Shown one piece after another: positions 12,500-25,142 of a stretch of 64,000 nt of DNA (position 1 is its first letter; each line of letters opens with the position of its first letter). The notes under the pieces are model-generated. The model was given only the letters and a program-made list of their open reading frames with translations. It was not told the DNA's origin and ran no database searches. The DNA lies in the NCBI GenBank assembly GCA_013239625.1, contig MU053881.1, forward strand, positions 2,294,001 to 2,358,000, written 5' to 3'. A program made the translations under genes and the position numbers. The stretch is from Lama guanicoe (lineage: Eukaryota).

Positions 12500-13351
12500 T
12501 GTATGCGAAAAACTCTTGTCTGTCTCCTCTACTCTCAGCACTTCATTCTGGTCATCAAATGTGTAGGGCTTTTTCCCTGCCACACCAAGCAATTCTCCAG
12601 CTCTCTGGCAGACACTGAGTGTCCTACAGTTTAAGGAAAGCTGACACTCAGTGTCAGATCCCAAAAGTTAAGGGCTTGGTTCCGCAGGACTCTCCCTCCT
12701 TTTAGATGCCAGTTGCAAAGTCTAGGTTGTTACCTGTCCCCCTGACCGTCTGGCTATAAATCAGATGCTCCCATGACCCCTTCCTTGGGTTCAATTAAAT
12801 TACTAGAATGGCTCACAGAACTCAGGGGAACAGTTTGCTTACCAGTTGACTGGTAAAGGATATAACTCAGGAACAGCCAGATGAAAGAGATGCATAGGCC
12901 AAGATACGGAGGAAGGGGTGTGAATCTCCATGCCCTCTCCAGGTTTGTCACTCTCCTAGTACCCAACATATTCTCCAGTCTGGAAGCTTACTATACCTTG
13001 TAGTTCAGGTATTTTTATGGAGGCTTCACTATGCAGGCACGATTGATTAAATCATTTGTCATTGGTGATTGGGTCGACCTCCAGCTAGCTTCTCTCCTTT
13101 TCTTGAAGGTTGTGGGGTGAGAATGAAAGTTCCAATCCTCTTGTACCTTGATTGATTCCCCTGGCACTCAGCCCTTATCCTTAGGGTCTTTCCAGAAGTA
13201 TGTTCATTAACATAATCTCTAGTGTGCCTGAAAGGAGATTGTTAGATACCTTTATTACTCTTTTCACTTAGGAAATTACAAGTGTTTTAGGAGCTATGTG
13301 CCAGGGGCAAAGATCAAGTATATATTTATTACTATAAATCACAATGTCGCA
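12500..13351 (-). mobile_element. Solo LTR, MER21-like
   Basis: TG...CA termini, 5-bp TSD aaaat (12495-12499 and 13352-13356), ~850 bp; minus-strand start tgcgacattgtgatttatagtaataaatatatac resembles MER21. Confidence 0.75.
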
Positions 13352-13844
13352 AAAATCATTTGTTGGAATTTTTTTCTCTTCTGCCTTAGTTACTCAATTG
13401 TGAAGTTATTTAATGATAATATTTTTGCATTGTAATGTCATGTGAGATGTTTAAGTATTTTGGTGAACTTTTCAAAAAGTATGATAACCAATTGAAATTA
13501 TTATAACAGTTGATTGAAGATAAAGAAGGATTTTTTTCAGTGTTAATTTGAATTTCAGTGATTTAAGGTATAATTCTCAGCCTTATAAAATTAACCATAG
13601 CTCTTTGTTGCTAAATCATTGTGTTATATCTAGAGGTGGCTGTCACTGTTTAGATCTGTTGAAGGTACTCAGGTTACTTTCAGTCTTGAGAATTACTGAT
13701 AGTAGTTACTTTTTGAGATGCAATAATCTTTATCAGTTGATAGGTTTTTGTCACCATTAGTAGACTGTTGATAGTTGTCTCCTTGGTTATTCTTTATCTT
13801 TATAGTCAAACTGTGTTTTACTTTTCATTTAATTGTCATTCTTT

Positions 13845-16550
13845 TTTATCCAGCCTAACAGTCTTTTTATTTTTTCATTCAGTGTGACAATTTCAGTCTT
13901 TTAAATTGTCTTACACTTACATTTAATGTAATTATTGATATGATTGGATCAAAATCTGTCATTTTGAAAGCTGTGTATTTTAATTGTTTTCTTCTCTTTC
14001 TGACCATTTTTGTATTTAATGAGTATTTTATGATTCCATTTAATTTCTACTGTTGACTTATATATCTCCTTTTAAAAATATTTAGTGGTTGCTCTGCAGC
14101 TTACAATACACATATTTAATTAATCACAGTCACCTTTAAATAATGTCATACTGTTTCACATAGACTCCCTGTCCCTTTCTACTTTCCTTTCTGTTATTTT
14201 TGTCATGCATTTACTTTTGCATAGATTATATCACAGAATACATGATATTATTTTGCTTTAGATAGTTTATTGACTTTTAGAGCAATGGAAATAAGAAATA
14301 AAGAATTCTGTGTTTTCTTTTATTTGTGCCGTCTCAAGGGCTGTTAATTTTTTTGTGTAGCTCCCAATTTGTCCAGCATCATATTTTTTTCTGTTGAAGG
14401 AACTTCCTTTATCAGTTCTTTTAATGTAGACCTGTTGCCAATTAATTGTCTGTTTTTGTTTGTCTGAAAAAGTATTTCTCTATTTTTATGGTAAATGCTT
14501 TATTGAGATATAACTCACATACTATACAGTTCATTCATTGTGTAGTACTTTCATCATTTAAAGTGTACAGCAAATGGGTTTTAGTATATTAACTGTGTTG
14601 TGCAACCATCACCACAGTTTAATTCTAGAACTTTTCATCACTGTGAAAAGAAACCCTATACACTTACTAGTAATCCAAAGCCCTCATCTCACTCAGCCCT
14701 AAGCAACTTTTAGTTTACTTTCTGTCTCTAGATTTGCCTATTCTGGACATTCCATATAAATGGAATTATGTAATACGCAGTCTTTTGTGAATGGCTTTTT
14801 TCACTCTGCTTAATGTTTTCAGGTTCATCTGTGTTTTGGCATTAGTACTTCATTCCTTTGTTACCAGATATTATTCCCCTGTATTGTACCAGTTGTGTTT
14901 ATCTGTTCATCATTTAATGGACATTGGGATTGTATCTTCTCTTTGGCTATTGTGAATAAATTTGCTATGAACATTAAAGGACAAGTTTTTGTGTGGACAT
15001 ATATTTTTATTTCTCTTGAGTAACATACCTAGGAGTGGATTATTGGGTCATATGCTAACTCAATATTTAATTGTTTGAGAAACTGCCAGACTGTTTTGTT
15101 ACATTGTTTCTAGATTTGGTATCCTAACATTATGTTGAGAAGTTTTGCATTTACAAGAGATACTGTTCTGTAGCTTTCTTGTGATGTCTTTGTCTGGATT
15201 TGGTATCAGGCTAATACTCCCTCATAGAATGAGTTGAACATTTTCCCTTCCTGTTGTGTTTTTGGTAGAGATTGTGAAGACTTGGTATTAATTTTTCTTT
15301 AATTGTTGGACAGAATTCACCAATGAGAGCATCTGGGCCTAGGCTTTTCTTGGATAGTTTTTGATTACTAATTCAATGTCTTACTGTAGTTCTATTTAGG
15401 TTTTTTATTTCTTGTTGAGTCACCTGTGATAGTTTGTGTCTTACTTTTGTAAGTTTGGTAGTAATGTCTCCGCTGCCATTCTGTTTTTGGTTATTTGAGG
15501 TTTCTCTTTTTTTCCTCTGCTAATTGTCAGTTTTGTTAGTTTTGTTAGTTCTGTCATTTATCAGTTTTGTTAGTTTTCAAAAGACCAACTTTTTCATCTT
15601 GTTGATTTTCTTGTTTTTCTGTTTTCTCATAGTTTCTCCTATATTCTTTATTACTTTCTTTCTTCTGCTTTCTTTAGATTTAGTTTGCTCTGTTTTCTGT
15701 GTCTTAGGGTAGAAGTTTAGGTTATTGATTTGAGATCTTTCTCTTAATACAGGTGTTAGATAGATGTAAATTTCCATTTTAAGTACTGCTTTAGCTTAAT
15801 CCTTTATGTTTTCAAGATATATTTTCCTTTTCATTCATCTCAAGATATTTTTACTTTCTCTTGTGGTTTTTCTTTGACGCTTTGGTTATTTAGGAGTGTT
15901 TTGTTTAATTTCCATGTATTTGTCAATTCTCCAAATTTCTTCTTTCTGTTATTTCTAATTTCACTCATTATGATTGGAAAACATACTTTGTATATTAAAA
16001 AATCTTTTTATGTTTATTGAAGCTTGTTTTATTGCCATCATATGATATCCTGGAGAATATTTTATGTGCACTTGAGGAAAATGTGTATTCTGCTCTTGTG
16101 GGATAGAGTGTTTTCTAGATGTATTTGGTCTTGTTGGATTATAGTGTTGTTTGTCTTCTGTTTACTTGTTGATATTCTGCCTAGTTCTCCCATTTACTGA
16201 AAGTGGTATATTGAATCTTCTTCATTTTTGAAAAATATTTCCCTTGGTTATAGAATTCTGATTTGATGGTTTTTTCTTTCAGCATTTTCAAGATGTCACT
16301 GTATCATTTTCTGGGTACTGAGTTTTTGATGAGAAGTTGGTTTTAATCCTTATCTTTGTTCTTTTGAATGTTACATATCTTTCTCTGCCATCCTTCAATA
16401 TAGTCTGTATCTTTTTCTAACAGTTTGAATATGGTGTTTAGATATTTTTTTTATGAGGCCATGGAATATATTTTTCTTGATATTGCTTTTGAATCTGTGA
16501 TTTGAGGTCTGATTTGAGATCTTTCATTAACTTTGGAAAATTCTCAGCTT
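13845..16550 (-). mobile_element. Mosaic of old L1M fragments (including an L1MB-like 3' end at ~14490-15100)
   Basis: T-rich antisense L1 sequence; ORF 15577..15777(-) RSQINNLNFYPK...KINKMK resembles L1 ORF2. Confidence 0.75.
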
Positions 16551-16574
16551 GTGTGTGTGTGTGTGTGTGTGTAA

Positions 16575-19535
16575 CTTTCTTTTATTAAGACTTTATATTT
16601 TTAGAGTAGTTTAAGGTTCACAGCAAAATTGAGGACAGGATGCAGAGATTTCTCATATACCCCCTGACCTCACACATACCTAGCCTCCTCCAAATCGAAA
16701 GTGATAGATTTGTTACAATTGATGTGTCTGCATTGACCTAATCACCCTAAGTCCATAGTTTTCATTAGGGTTCATTCTTGGTGTTGTACATTTGATGGGT
16801 TTTGACAAATATATAATGACATGTATCCGTCATTATGGTATCAAACAGTATTTTCACTGCCCAAAAATTCTCTACTCCACCTGTTCATCCCTACCCTACT
16901 TCCCCTGCCATTCTCTGACAACCGCTGGTCTTTTTACTGTCTTCATCATTTTGCCTTTTACAGAATGTCACGTAGTTGGAGTCATACAGTATGTAGCTTT
17001 TTCAGATTGGCTTCTTTCATTTAGTAATACGCATTTAAGGTTCCTCTGTGTCCTTTCATGTTTTGATCTTTTTTTTTCAGCACTGAATAATATTCCATTT
17101 TCTGGATGTAACATAGTTTATTTATCCATTCACCTACTGCAGAACATTTGGTTGCTTCCAGGTTTTGGCAATTAAGAATAAAGCTGAAATAAACATCTGT
17201 GTGCAGGTTTTTGTATGGACATGAGTTTTCAACTCTTTTGGGTAAATATCAAGGAGCGTGATTGCTGACTATACTAAGAGTATATTTAGTTTTGTAAGAA
17301 ACCGCCAAACTCTCTTCCAAAGTGGGTGTACCATTTTGCATTCCCACCAGCAATAAATAGAGTTCCTTTGCTCCATACCCTCACCAGCATTTGGTGTTGT
17401 CAGTGTTCCAGAATTTGGCCATCCTAATAGGTGTGCAGTGATATCTCCTTGTTTTAATTTGCATTTCTCTGATGATATATGATGTAGAATATTTTTTCAC
17501 ATGCTTATTTGCTGTCTGTATGATCTTGGTGTGGTGTCTGTTAAAGTCTTTGGCCCACTTTTTAGCTGGGTTGTTTGTTTTCTTACAGTTGAGTTTTAAA
17601 AATTCTTCGTATACTTTGGGTAACAGTCCTTTATTAGATATGTCTTTTGAAAATGTTTTCTCCCATTTTGTGGCTTGTCTTCTCATTTTCACAACATTGT
17701 CTGCTGCAGAGCAGGATTAAATTCTAATGACATCTAGCTTATCATTTACTTCTTTTATAGATCATACCTTTGATGTTATATCTAAAAAGTCATTGCTATA
17801 CCTAATGCTATCTATGTTTTTCTTATGTTATCTTCTAGATATTTCACATTCTAGATATTTCACATATAAGTTTATGATCCATTGAGTTAATTTTGGGAAT
17901 GGTGATAGGTCTGTGTCTAGATTCATTTTTTTGGATATGAATATCCAGTTGTTCTAGCAACATTTGTTGAAAATAATCCCTCTGCTTCATTGTATTGCCT
18001 TTGCTACTTTGTCAAAAATCAGGTGACTTGTATTTATGCGTGTCTATTTCTGGGCTCTCTTTTCTGTTCCATTGATCTATTTGTCTTTTCTTTCACCAAT
18101 ACCATACTGTTTTGCTTACTGGCTTTATGAGTAGTTTTTAAAGCTAGGTAGCATCAGCCCTCCAGCTTTGTTCTTTTTCTTCAATACTGTATTGACTATT
18201 CTGGATCTATTGCCCTCTCCATTTAAACTTTAGAATGAGTTTGTTCATATCCACAAAATTACTTGCTGGGATTTTGATTTTGATTCCACTGACAGATCAA
18301 GTTGGGAAAAACTGATATCTCTGCCATATTTAGTCTTTCTGTCCGTGGAATATCCCTTCATTTAGTTTAGTTAGTTCTTTGATTTTGTTCAGAGTTTTGT
18401 AGTTTTCCTTATTAGATCTTATACATTGTTTCATTTTTGGAGTGCTAATGTAAATGGTATTTTGTTTGAAATTTCAAATTACGCTTGTTCATTGCTGGTA
18501 AACGGACTGCGATTGACGGTTTTACTAGTTTCAGGAGTTGTTTTGTTGATTATTTTGGACTTTCTATGTAGATGAATGTAGTGTAATTTGTGAACAAAAA
18601 GAGTTTTATTTCTTCCTTCCTAGTCTGTATAACATGTATTTCCTTTTCTTGTCTTACTACATTAGCTGGTATGTCCAGTACAGTGTCAAAAAAGGAGCAG
18701 TGAGAGGGGACATCCTAGCCCTTTTCCTTTTCTTAGTGGGAGAGCTTTGAGTTTTCACCAGGTAGTATGATATTAGCTATAGGTTTTTTGTAGATATTCT
18801 TTATCAAGTTGAAAAAGTTCTCCTTTGTTCCTAGTTCATTGAGTTTTTACCATGAATGTTTGATTTGTCAAATACTTTTCCTGAGTCTGTTGAATGTGAT
18901 CCTATGGTTTTTCTTTTTCATTTTGATATGTTGCATTATATTAATTTTTGAATGTTGAACTAGCATTGCATATCTGGGATAAATCCCACTGGGTCATGGT
19001 GTATTATTCTTTTTAAACATTGTTGGATTCGATTTGCTATTTTGTTGGAGATTTTTGCATTTGTGTTTATGAGAGATATTCGTCTGTAATTTTCTTATAA
19101 TGTTTTTGTCTAGTTTTGGTGTTAGGTTTTAATGGTTGTCACATAGAATGAGTTAGGAAGTATTCCCTCTGCTTCTGTCCTGAAAGAGATTGTAGAAAAT
19201 TTGTAGAATTTCTTCCTTAAATGTTTGGTAGAATTCATTAGTGAATCCATCTGGGCCTGATGCTTTTTGTTGTGAAAGATTAATTATGGATTCTATTTCT
19301 TTAATAGATTTTGGCATATTCAGATGATCTATTTCTTATGTGAGTGTTGGCAGATTGTGCCTTTCAAAGGATTGCTCTTTTTCATCTAGATTATCAGATT
19401 TCTGGGCATAGAATTGTTCATAGTATTCTTTTATTATTCTTTTAATGTACATGAGGTCTCTAGTGATGTTTCTGCTTTCATTTCTGATACTAGTAATTTG
19501 TGTCCTCTCTCTTTTTAGTCAGCCTACCTAGCGGC
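16575..19535 (-). mobile_element. L1MC-like LINE, ~3 kb of 3'UTR and degenerate ORF2
   Basis: 3' end gactttat.tttttagag.agttt.aggttcacagcaaaattgag; ORF 17381..17692(-) [24 protein letters not shown]...[13 protein letters not shown]...KCW. Confidence 0.88.
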
Positions 19536-21100
19536 TTTTTTTTTTTTTTTTTCAAATCATAATCATATATATATTCTTTGTCTTCTGGTTTTTATTTGAT
19601 TTCGGTAATGAAAAATCATTAGAAAATTAGGAAAATCATGCTGAATAAAAACTTAAAAGTGTCTCCTGAAAAGGTCTAGCCCTACTGGGATTATTATTAT
19701 TATTATTATTTTATTGAAGTATAGTCAATTTACAATGTTGTATCAATTTTTGGTGTACAGAATAATGTTTCAGTCATACATAACATACATATATTCCTTT
19801 TCATATTCTTTTTCATTATAGGTTACTATAAGATATTGAATATAGTTCCCTGTGCTACACAGAAGAAACTTGTTTATCTATTTTATGTATAGTAGTTAGT
19901 ATCTGCAAGTCTAACTCCCAATTTATCCCTTCCCACCTCCCTCCCCCACCTGGTAATCATAGTTTGTTTTCTATGTCTGTGAGTGTGTTTCTGCTTTGTA
20001 AATAAGTTCCTTTGTGTCCTTTTTTGTTTTTGTTTTTGTTTTTAGGTTCTGCATATGAGTGATATCATATGGTATTTTTCTTTCCCTTTCTGGCTTATTT
20101 CACTTAGAATGACAATCTCCAGTTCCATCCATGTTGCTGCAAATGGCATTATGTTGTCGGTTTTTATGGCTGAGTAGTATTCCATTGTATAAATATACCA
20201 CATCTTCTTTATCCAGTCATCTGTCAATGGACATTTAGGTTGTTTCAATGTCTTGGCTATTGTAAATAGTGCTGCTATGAGCATTGGGGTGCTTGTATCT
20301 CTTTGAATTAAGGTTCCCTCTGGATGTATGTCCAGTAGTGGGTTTGCTGAATCATATGGTAAGTCTAATTTTAGTTTTTTGAGGAATCTCCATACTGTTT
20401 TCCCTAATGGTTGCACCGAACTACATTCCCACCAGCAAATTTATATGGAATCACAAAAGACCCAGAATTGCCAAAGCAATATTGAAGAAAAAGAATGAAG
20501 CTGGAGGAGTAACCCTCCCAGACTTAAGACAATATTACAGAGCTACAGTAATCAAAACAGTATGGTATTGGCATAAAAACAGTCATATGGATCAGTGGAA
20601 CAGAATAGAAAACCCAGAAATAAATCCACAGACCTATGGTCAGTTAATCTTCAACAAAGGAGGCAAGCATATACAATCGAGAAAAGACAGTCTCTTCAGC
20701 AAGTGATGTTGGGAAAGCTGGATAGCAGCATGTAAATCAATGAAGTTAAAACACTCCTTCACTCCATACACAAAAATAAACTCAAAATGGCTTAAAGACT
20801 TAAATATAAGGCAAGACATGATAAATCTCCTAGAAGAAAACATAGACAAAACATTCTCTGACACATAATCTTAGCAATATTCTCGTAGGGCTGACTGACA
20901 AAAGGTTAATTTCCAGAATATATAAACAATTCATACAACTTAATAAGAAAAAAACAGACAACCCAATCCAAAAATAAGCAGAAGACCCAAACAAGCAATT
21001 CTCCAATGAAGACATACAAATGGCCAATAAGCATATGAAAAAATGCTCAGTATCACTAATTATCAGAGAAATGTGAATCAAAACTATGCGGTATCATTTA
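19536..21100 (-). mobile_element. L1 with 5' inversion and candidate 3' transduction
   Basis: T17 at 19536-19552, unique 138 bp, (tta)n tail, minus-strand 3'UTR/ORF2 end to ~20436, then plus-strand ORF2 ([16 protein letters not shown]...) at 20437-21100. Confidence 0.85.
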
Positions 21101-21152
21101 TCCTTCTTGTGTCACTGTTTACAAAAATTAACAGGTATATGTATACTTTCTT

Positions 21153-22555
21153 TTGTTTTTTTTTTAATTGAAGTATAATTGGTTTACAATGTTGTGTTAG
21201 TTTCTGGTGTACAGGACAGTGATTTGGTTTTATATATATATTTTTCGTATTCTGTTTCATTATAGGTTATTATAATCTACTAAATATAATTCCCTGTGCT
21301 ATACAATAGGACCTTGTTGTTTATCTATTTTATATCTAGTAGTTTATATATGCTAATCCCAAACTCCTAATTTATCCTCCCCCCCACCCTTTCCCTTTTG
21401 GTAACCATAAGTTTGTTTTTCATGTCTGTGAGTCTGTTTCTGTTTTATAAATAAGTTCATTTGTGTCATTTTTTAAGATTCTACATATATGTGATATCAT
21501 ATGATGTGTGTCTTTTCTTTCTCTGTCTGACTTACTTCACTTAGTATGATAATCTCTAGGTCCATCCAAGTTGCTGCAAATGGCAATATTTCATTCTTTT
21601 TTATGGCTGAGTAGTATTCCATTGTGTATGTTTGTGTGTGTGTATATACTTGTTTATCCAATCATTTGCTGATGGATGTTCAGGTTGCTTCCACATCCTG
21701 GCTATTGTAAATAGTGCTGCTATGAACATTGGGGTACAGGTATCTTTTCGAATTAGAATTTTCTCTGGATATATACTCAGGAGTGGGATTGCTGGGTCAT
21801 GTGGTAAATCTATTTTTAGTTTTTTGAGGAATATCCATACTATTTTCCATAGCAGCAGCATCAAATTACATTCCCACCAACAATATAAGAGGGTTCCCTT
21901 TTCTCCACACCCTCTCCAGCGTTTATCATTTGTGAGCTTTTTAATGATGGCCATTCTCACCAGTGTGAGGTGATACCTCATTATAGTTTTTTGATTTGCA
22001 TTTCTTTGATAATTAGTGATATTGAGCATCTTTTCCTGCGCCTATTGTCCATCTCGTCATTGGAGAAATGTCTGTTTAGATCTTCTGCCCATTTTTGGAT
22101 TGTTTTTTTTTTTTTCTTGTTATTGAGTTGTATGAGCTGTTTGTATATTCTGGAAGTTAAACCCTTATCAGTCACATCACTTGTAGATATTTTTTCTCAG
22201 TTCTTAGGTTGTCTTCTTGTTTTGTGTATGGTTTCCTTTGCTGTACAAAAGCTTATAAGTTTAATTAGATCCCATTTGTTTATTTTTGCCCATATTTCTA
22301 TTGCCTTGGTAGACTAACCTAGGAAAACATTGCTATTATTTATGTCAAAGAATGTTTTGCCTATATTCTTTTCTAGGAAATGTATGGTGTTCTGTCTTAT
22401 GTTTCAAGTCTTTAAGCCATTTTGAGTATATTTTTGTGTATGGTGTGAGGGAGTGTTCTAACTTCACTGGTTTACGTACAGTGTCCAGCTTTTCCAAAAC
22501 CACTTGCTAAAGAAGCTGTCTTTTCCTCATTGTATATGCTTGCCTCCTTTGTCAA
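21153..22555 (-). mobile_element. 5'-truncated L1
   Basis: ORFs 21601..22029(-) and 21981..22175(-) are L1 ORF2 C-terminus; degenerate TSD atatgtatactttctt / atatgtgtattttctt. Confidence 0.92.
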
Positions 22556-23883
22556 ATATGTGTATTTTCTTATTTCTCCTTTCTTAGACAAAAAGTAGCA
22601 TATTATATTTATACTTTTTTGTAAGTGTTTTCCTTTTTTTTTTAACTTAGTATTATACCGTTGAAATCCTTCTATCTCATAGATACTTTCCTTATTCTTC
22701 TTTAGAGTTGCATGTATGTATAGCAGAGTTTATTCAAGCAATGTCCTCTGGTGGTCATTATGTCGATTCCAGTGTTTTGCAAACTCAGACAATGCCACAA
22801 TGAAAAATGTAGTGCATATTTACTTTTTTAAAATTGGAAATACATCTTTAGAGTAAATTGCTAGAATTGAGATTACTGGGTCATATACGTAGTTTGTTAG
22901 ACATTGCTAAAATCCTTTCCATAGTCATTATACAAAATGACAGTATTCTAATTCTATCATTTCTTTTACATTTATTATTCTTTAAAGAGAAACTTCTCTT
23001 CATCTATTTGGTTAACCAGTAGTATATTGGAAGAGTAAGACAGAAGCTTAATTCTCTGTCCTTTTATTTACCAGTTTTCAAAATAATTGATTCACTAATA
23101 TTCTTCAACAATGACCAGTTAGTTATGTTATTAAAGTGCTATTATGAACTCGTAGATTTAAACATATTTAATGTGTTTTAATTCATTGTGCTCATTGTCC
23201 TTATTGATGTTCTAGTTGTCCCACTTTGGGCCAGTGAGAATCTTTTTAAGTTGGCTCTTAAGTTCTTTTGATATGACTCTGGTAATGTCTGATAGATTCC
23301 TTGGTCACAGATACATCAGATATTCTAGCTCATTTTCTACATTTCATGCTCCAGACTTGGAATCGGCCATTTCTCCAAGGTACTCCAGTTACTTTTAATG
23401 GGAAATGGTGTTTGGAGGTGACATTCTGGGTCATTAGGGATGTTCTTTCTACTGGATAAATCAGAGGATTCTGAAGAGTGAAATAATTTGGGGTAATGTT
23501 GAACATATAAAGCAGTGTGAAATGTAGCAAAAAGCCCTGGAGTGGGAGTCAGCTCTTATTTATTCACTCACCTTATATTTATTGAGTATCTACCAGGTGC
23601 CAGGCACTCTTTTCTGTTCTAGGAATACAACAGTGAATAAAATAGAAAGAACTCTGCCTTCGCAGGGGTTCACTTCCAGTTAACCAAGGATTCTTGTAAC
23701 TGTTGCTGCTGATCCTTGCCAGCATCTTACCTTTTGGGGCTTTTCTCATTTATAAAATTATAAAATTGTGCTAGATGGTCTGTGGTGTCTTCACTTGAAA
23801 AATTTAATAATTCTGTTTCTTGTCTACATGCTTATTCAATGTTTGTGATGTCCTCCTCTGTTTTTCCCCTTATCTTCTTACAG

Positions 23884-24008
23884 AAATGACAGAAGAAGAA
23901 CAGTTTGCTCTGGCTCTCAAAATGAGCGAGCAGGAAGCTAGGGAGGTGAACAGCCAGGAGGAGGAAGAAGAGGAGCTCTTGAGGAAAGCCATTGCAGAAA
24001 GCCTGAAT
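23884..24008 (+). CDS. UIMC1: UIMC1 coding exon 3: tandem ubiquitin-interacting motifs UIM1-UIM2
   Basis: tacag|AAATG...CTGAAT|gtaaat; 125 nt; (Q)[41 protein letters not shown], the RAP80 K63-polyubiquitin-binding tandem UIM. Confidence 0.98.
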
Positions 24009-24731
24009 GTAAATATGCTGTGTTGAAAAAGTGTTTGAGAATTGATCGCCAGTATTTATTTCTGCAGTATTATGGCTACATTAGAAACTAGCTGTGGTAG
24101 TTCATAGGGATTTCAACTAACAGATATTTCCCATAATAATTTTTGAAGTTTGTGTTGAGTTGTTGGTGAACCCAGTTTGAAGTATTGTGCTAATTTTGCG
24201 TGAAAGAATTTTCTTCCACACCGCAAACTTTCAGTGTGTGGCTTAAGAGAACCATAGTAGTTGGCAGCTTCTGTAAACAGTGACTGAGTACCAAGGAACC
24301 AGAAAGGAGCAAGATAAGGTGTTTACTGCCCCTGTTTTGTGGGGAAAGCAAAGGGAGCGAGAATCAGGTGGGTTATGAGGAGAAAGAATGGGCAGTTTTA
24401 AAAGTTTTCAAATACTAAATTGTGATTTGAATTTGTGTAGTTGAAATTATTTTACATGTGAAGGATATTTGCCAATGGCAGGTCCTGAGCCATCTTTTAC
24501 GCCACTTACCTCTCTATATTAGAAAAGGGTTTAGTACAGTGATCTGGTACAGCACTTTGCACATAGTAGACATGCAGTGCATGTTGTGGAATTCATTTGA
24601 ATCGAGCACCTGCGTTTTGGAGAGGAGAATCTCTTAGGGACAGTGGCCTCCCTTTTTTGTCCCTCCTGTGACCCTTCATGTATACCTGTCTTAATAATAA
24701 ACCTGGTCTGGTATGGGATCACTTGTTTCAG

Positions 24732-24837
24732 AGTTGCCAGCCTTCTGATGCTTCTGCTACCAGATCTCGACCTCTGGCCACTGGACCATCTTCACAGTCC
24801 CATCAGGAGAAAACCACAGACTCTGGGATCACTGAAG
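24732..24837 (+). CDS. UIMC1: UIMC1 coding exon 4, ending at a GC donor
   Basis: tttcag|AGTTGC...ACTGAAG|gcatgt; 106 nt; SCQPSDASATRSRPLATGPSSQSHQEKTTDSGITE(G); phase 1 matches the next exon. Confidence 0.9.
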
Positions 24838-25142
24838 GCATGTCTCCCTGTTCTGGCTTCTGCTCATCAAGTGTAACCATGTCACAGGGACATCATGCTG
24901 AGAGTAGTTGTACAGAAATGCCCAAATCCCTTTGGTGGTAGTAAAGAGGTTCAATCAGAAAAGTAGTTGAAATCTCACTAATACCCAGCATACTTTTATC
25001 GCCCAGGAAAAGCCAACATTTGGTTAAACCCAAAGAAGAGCCTTTTTTACCTACATTATGTAATCTTGGTAAGTGATAACTTACCAAGCCCTCTTAATAA
25101 AAAAGTTTGTCCTTAGTCCTACTTTTTCTCAAATACCTACAG

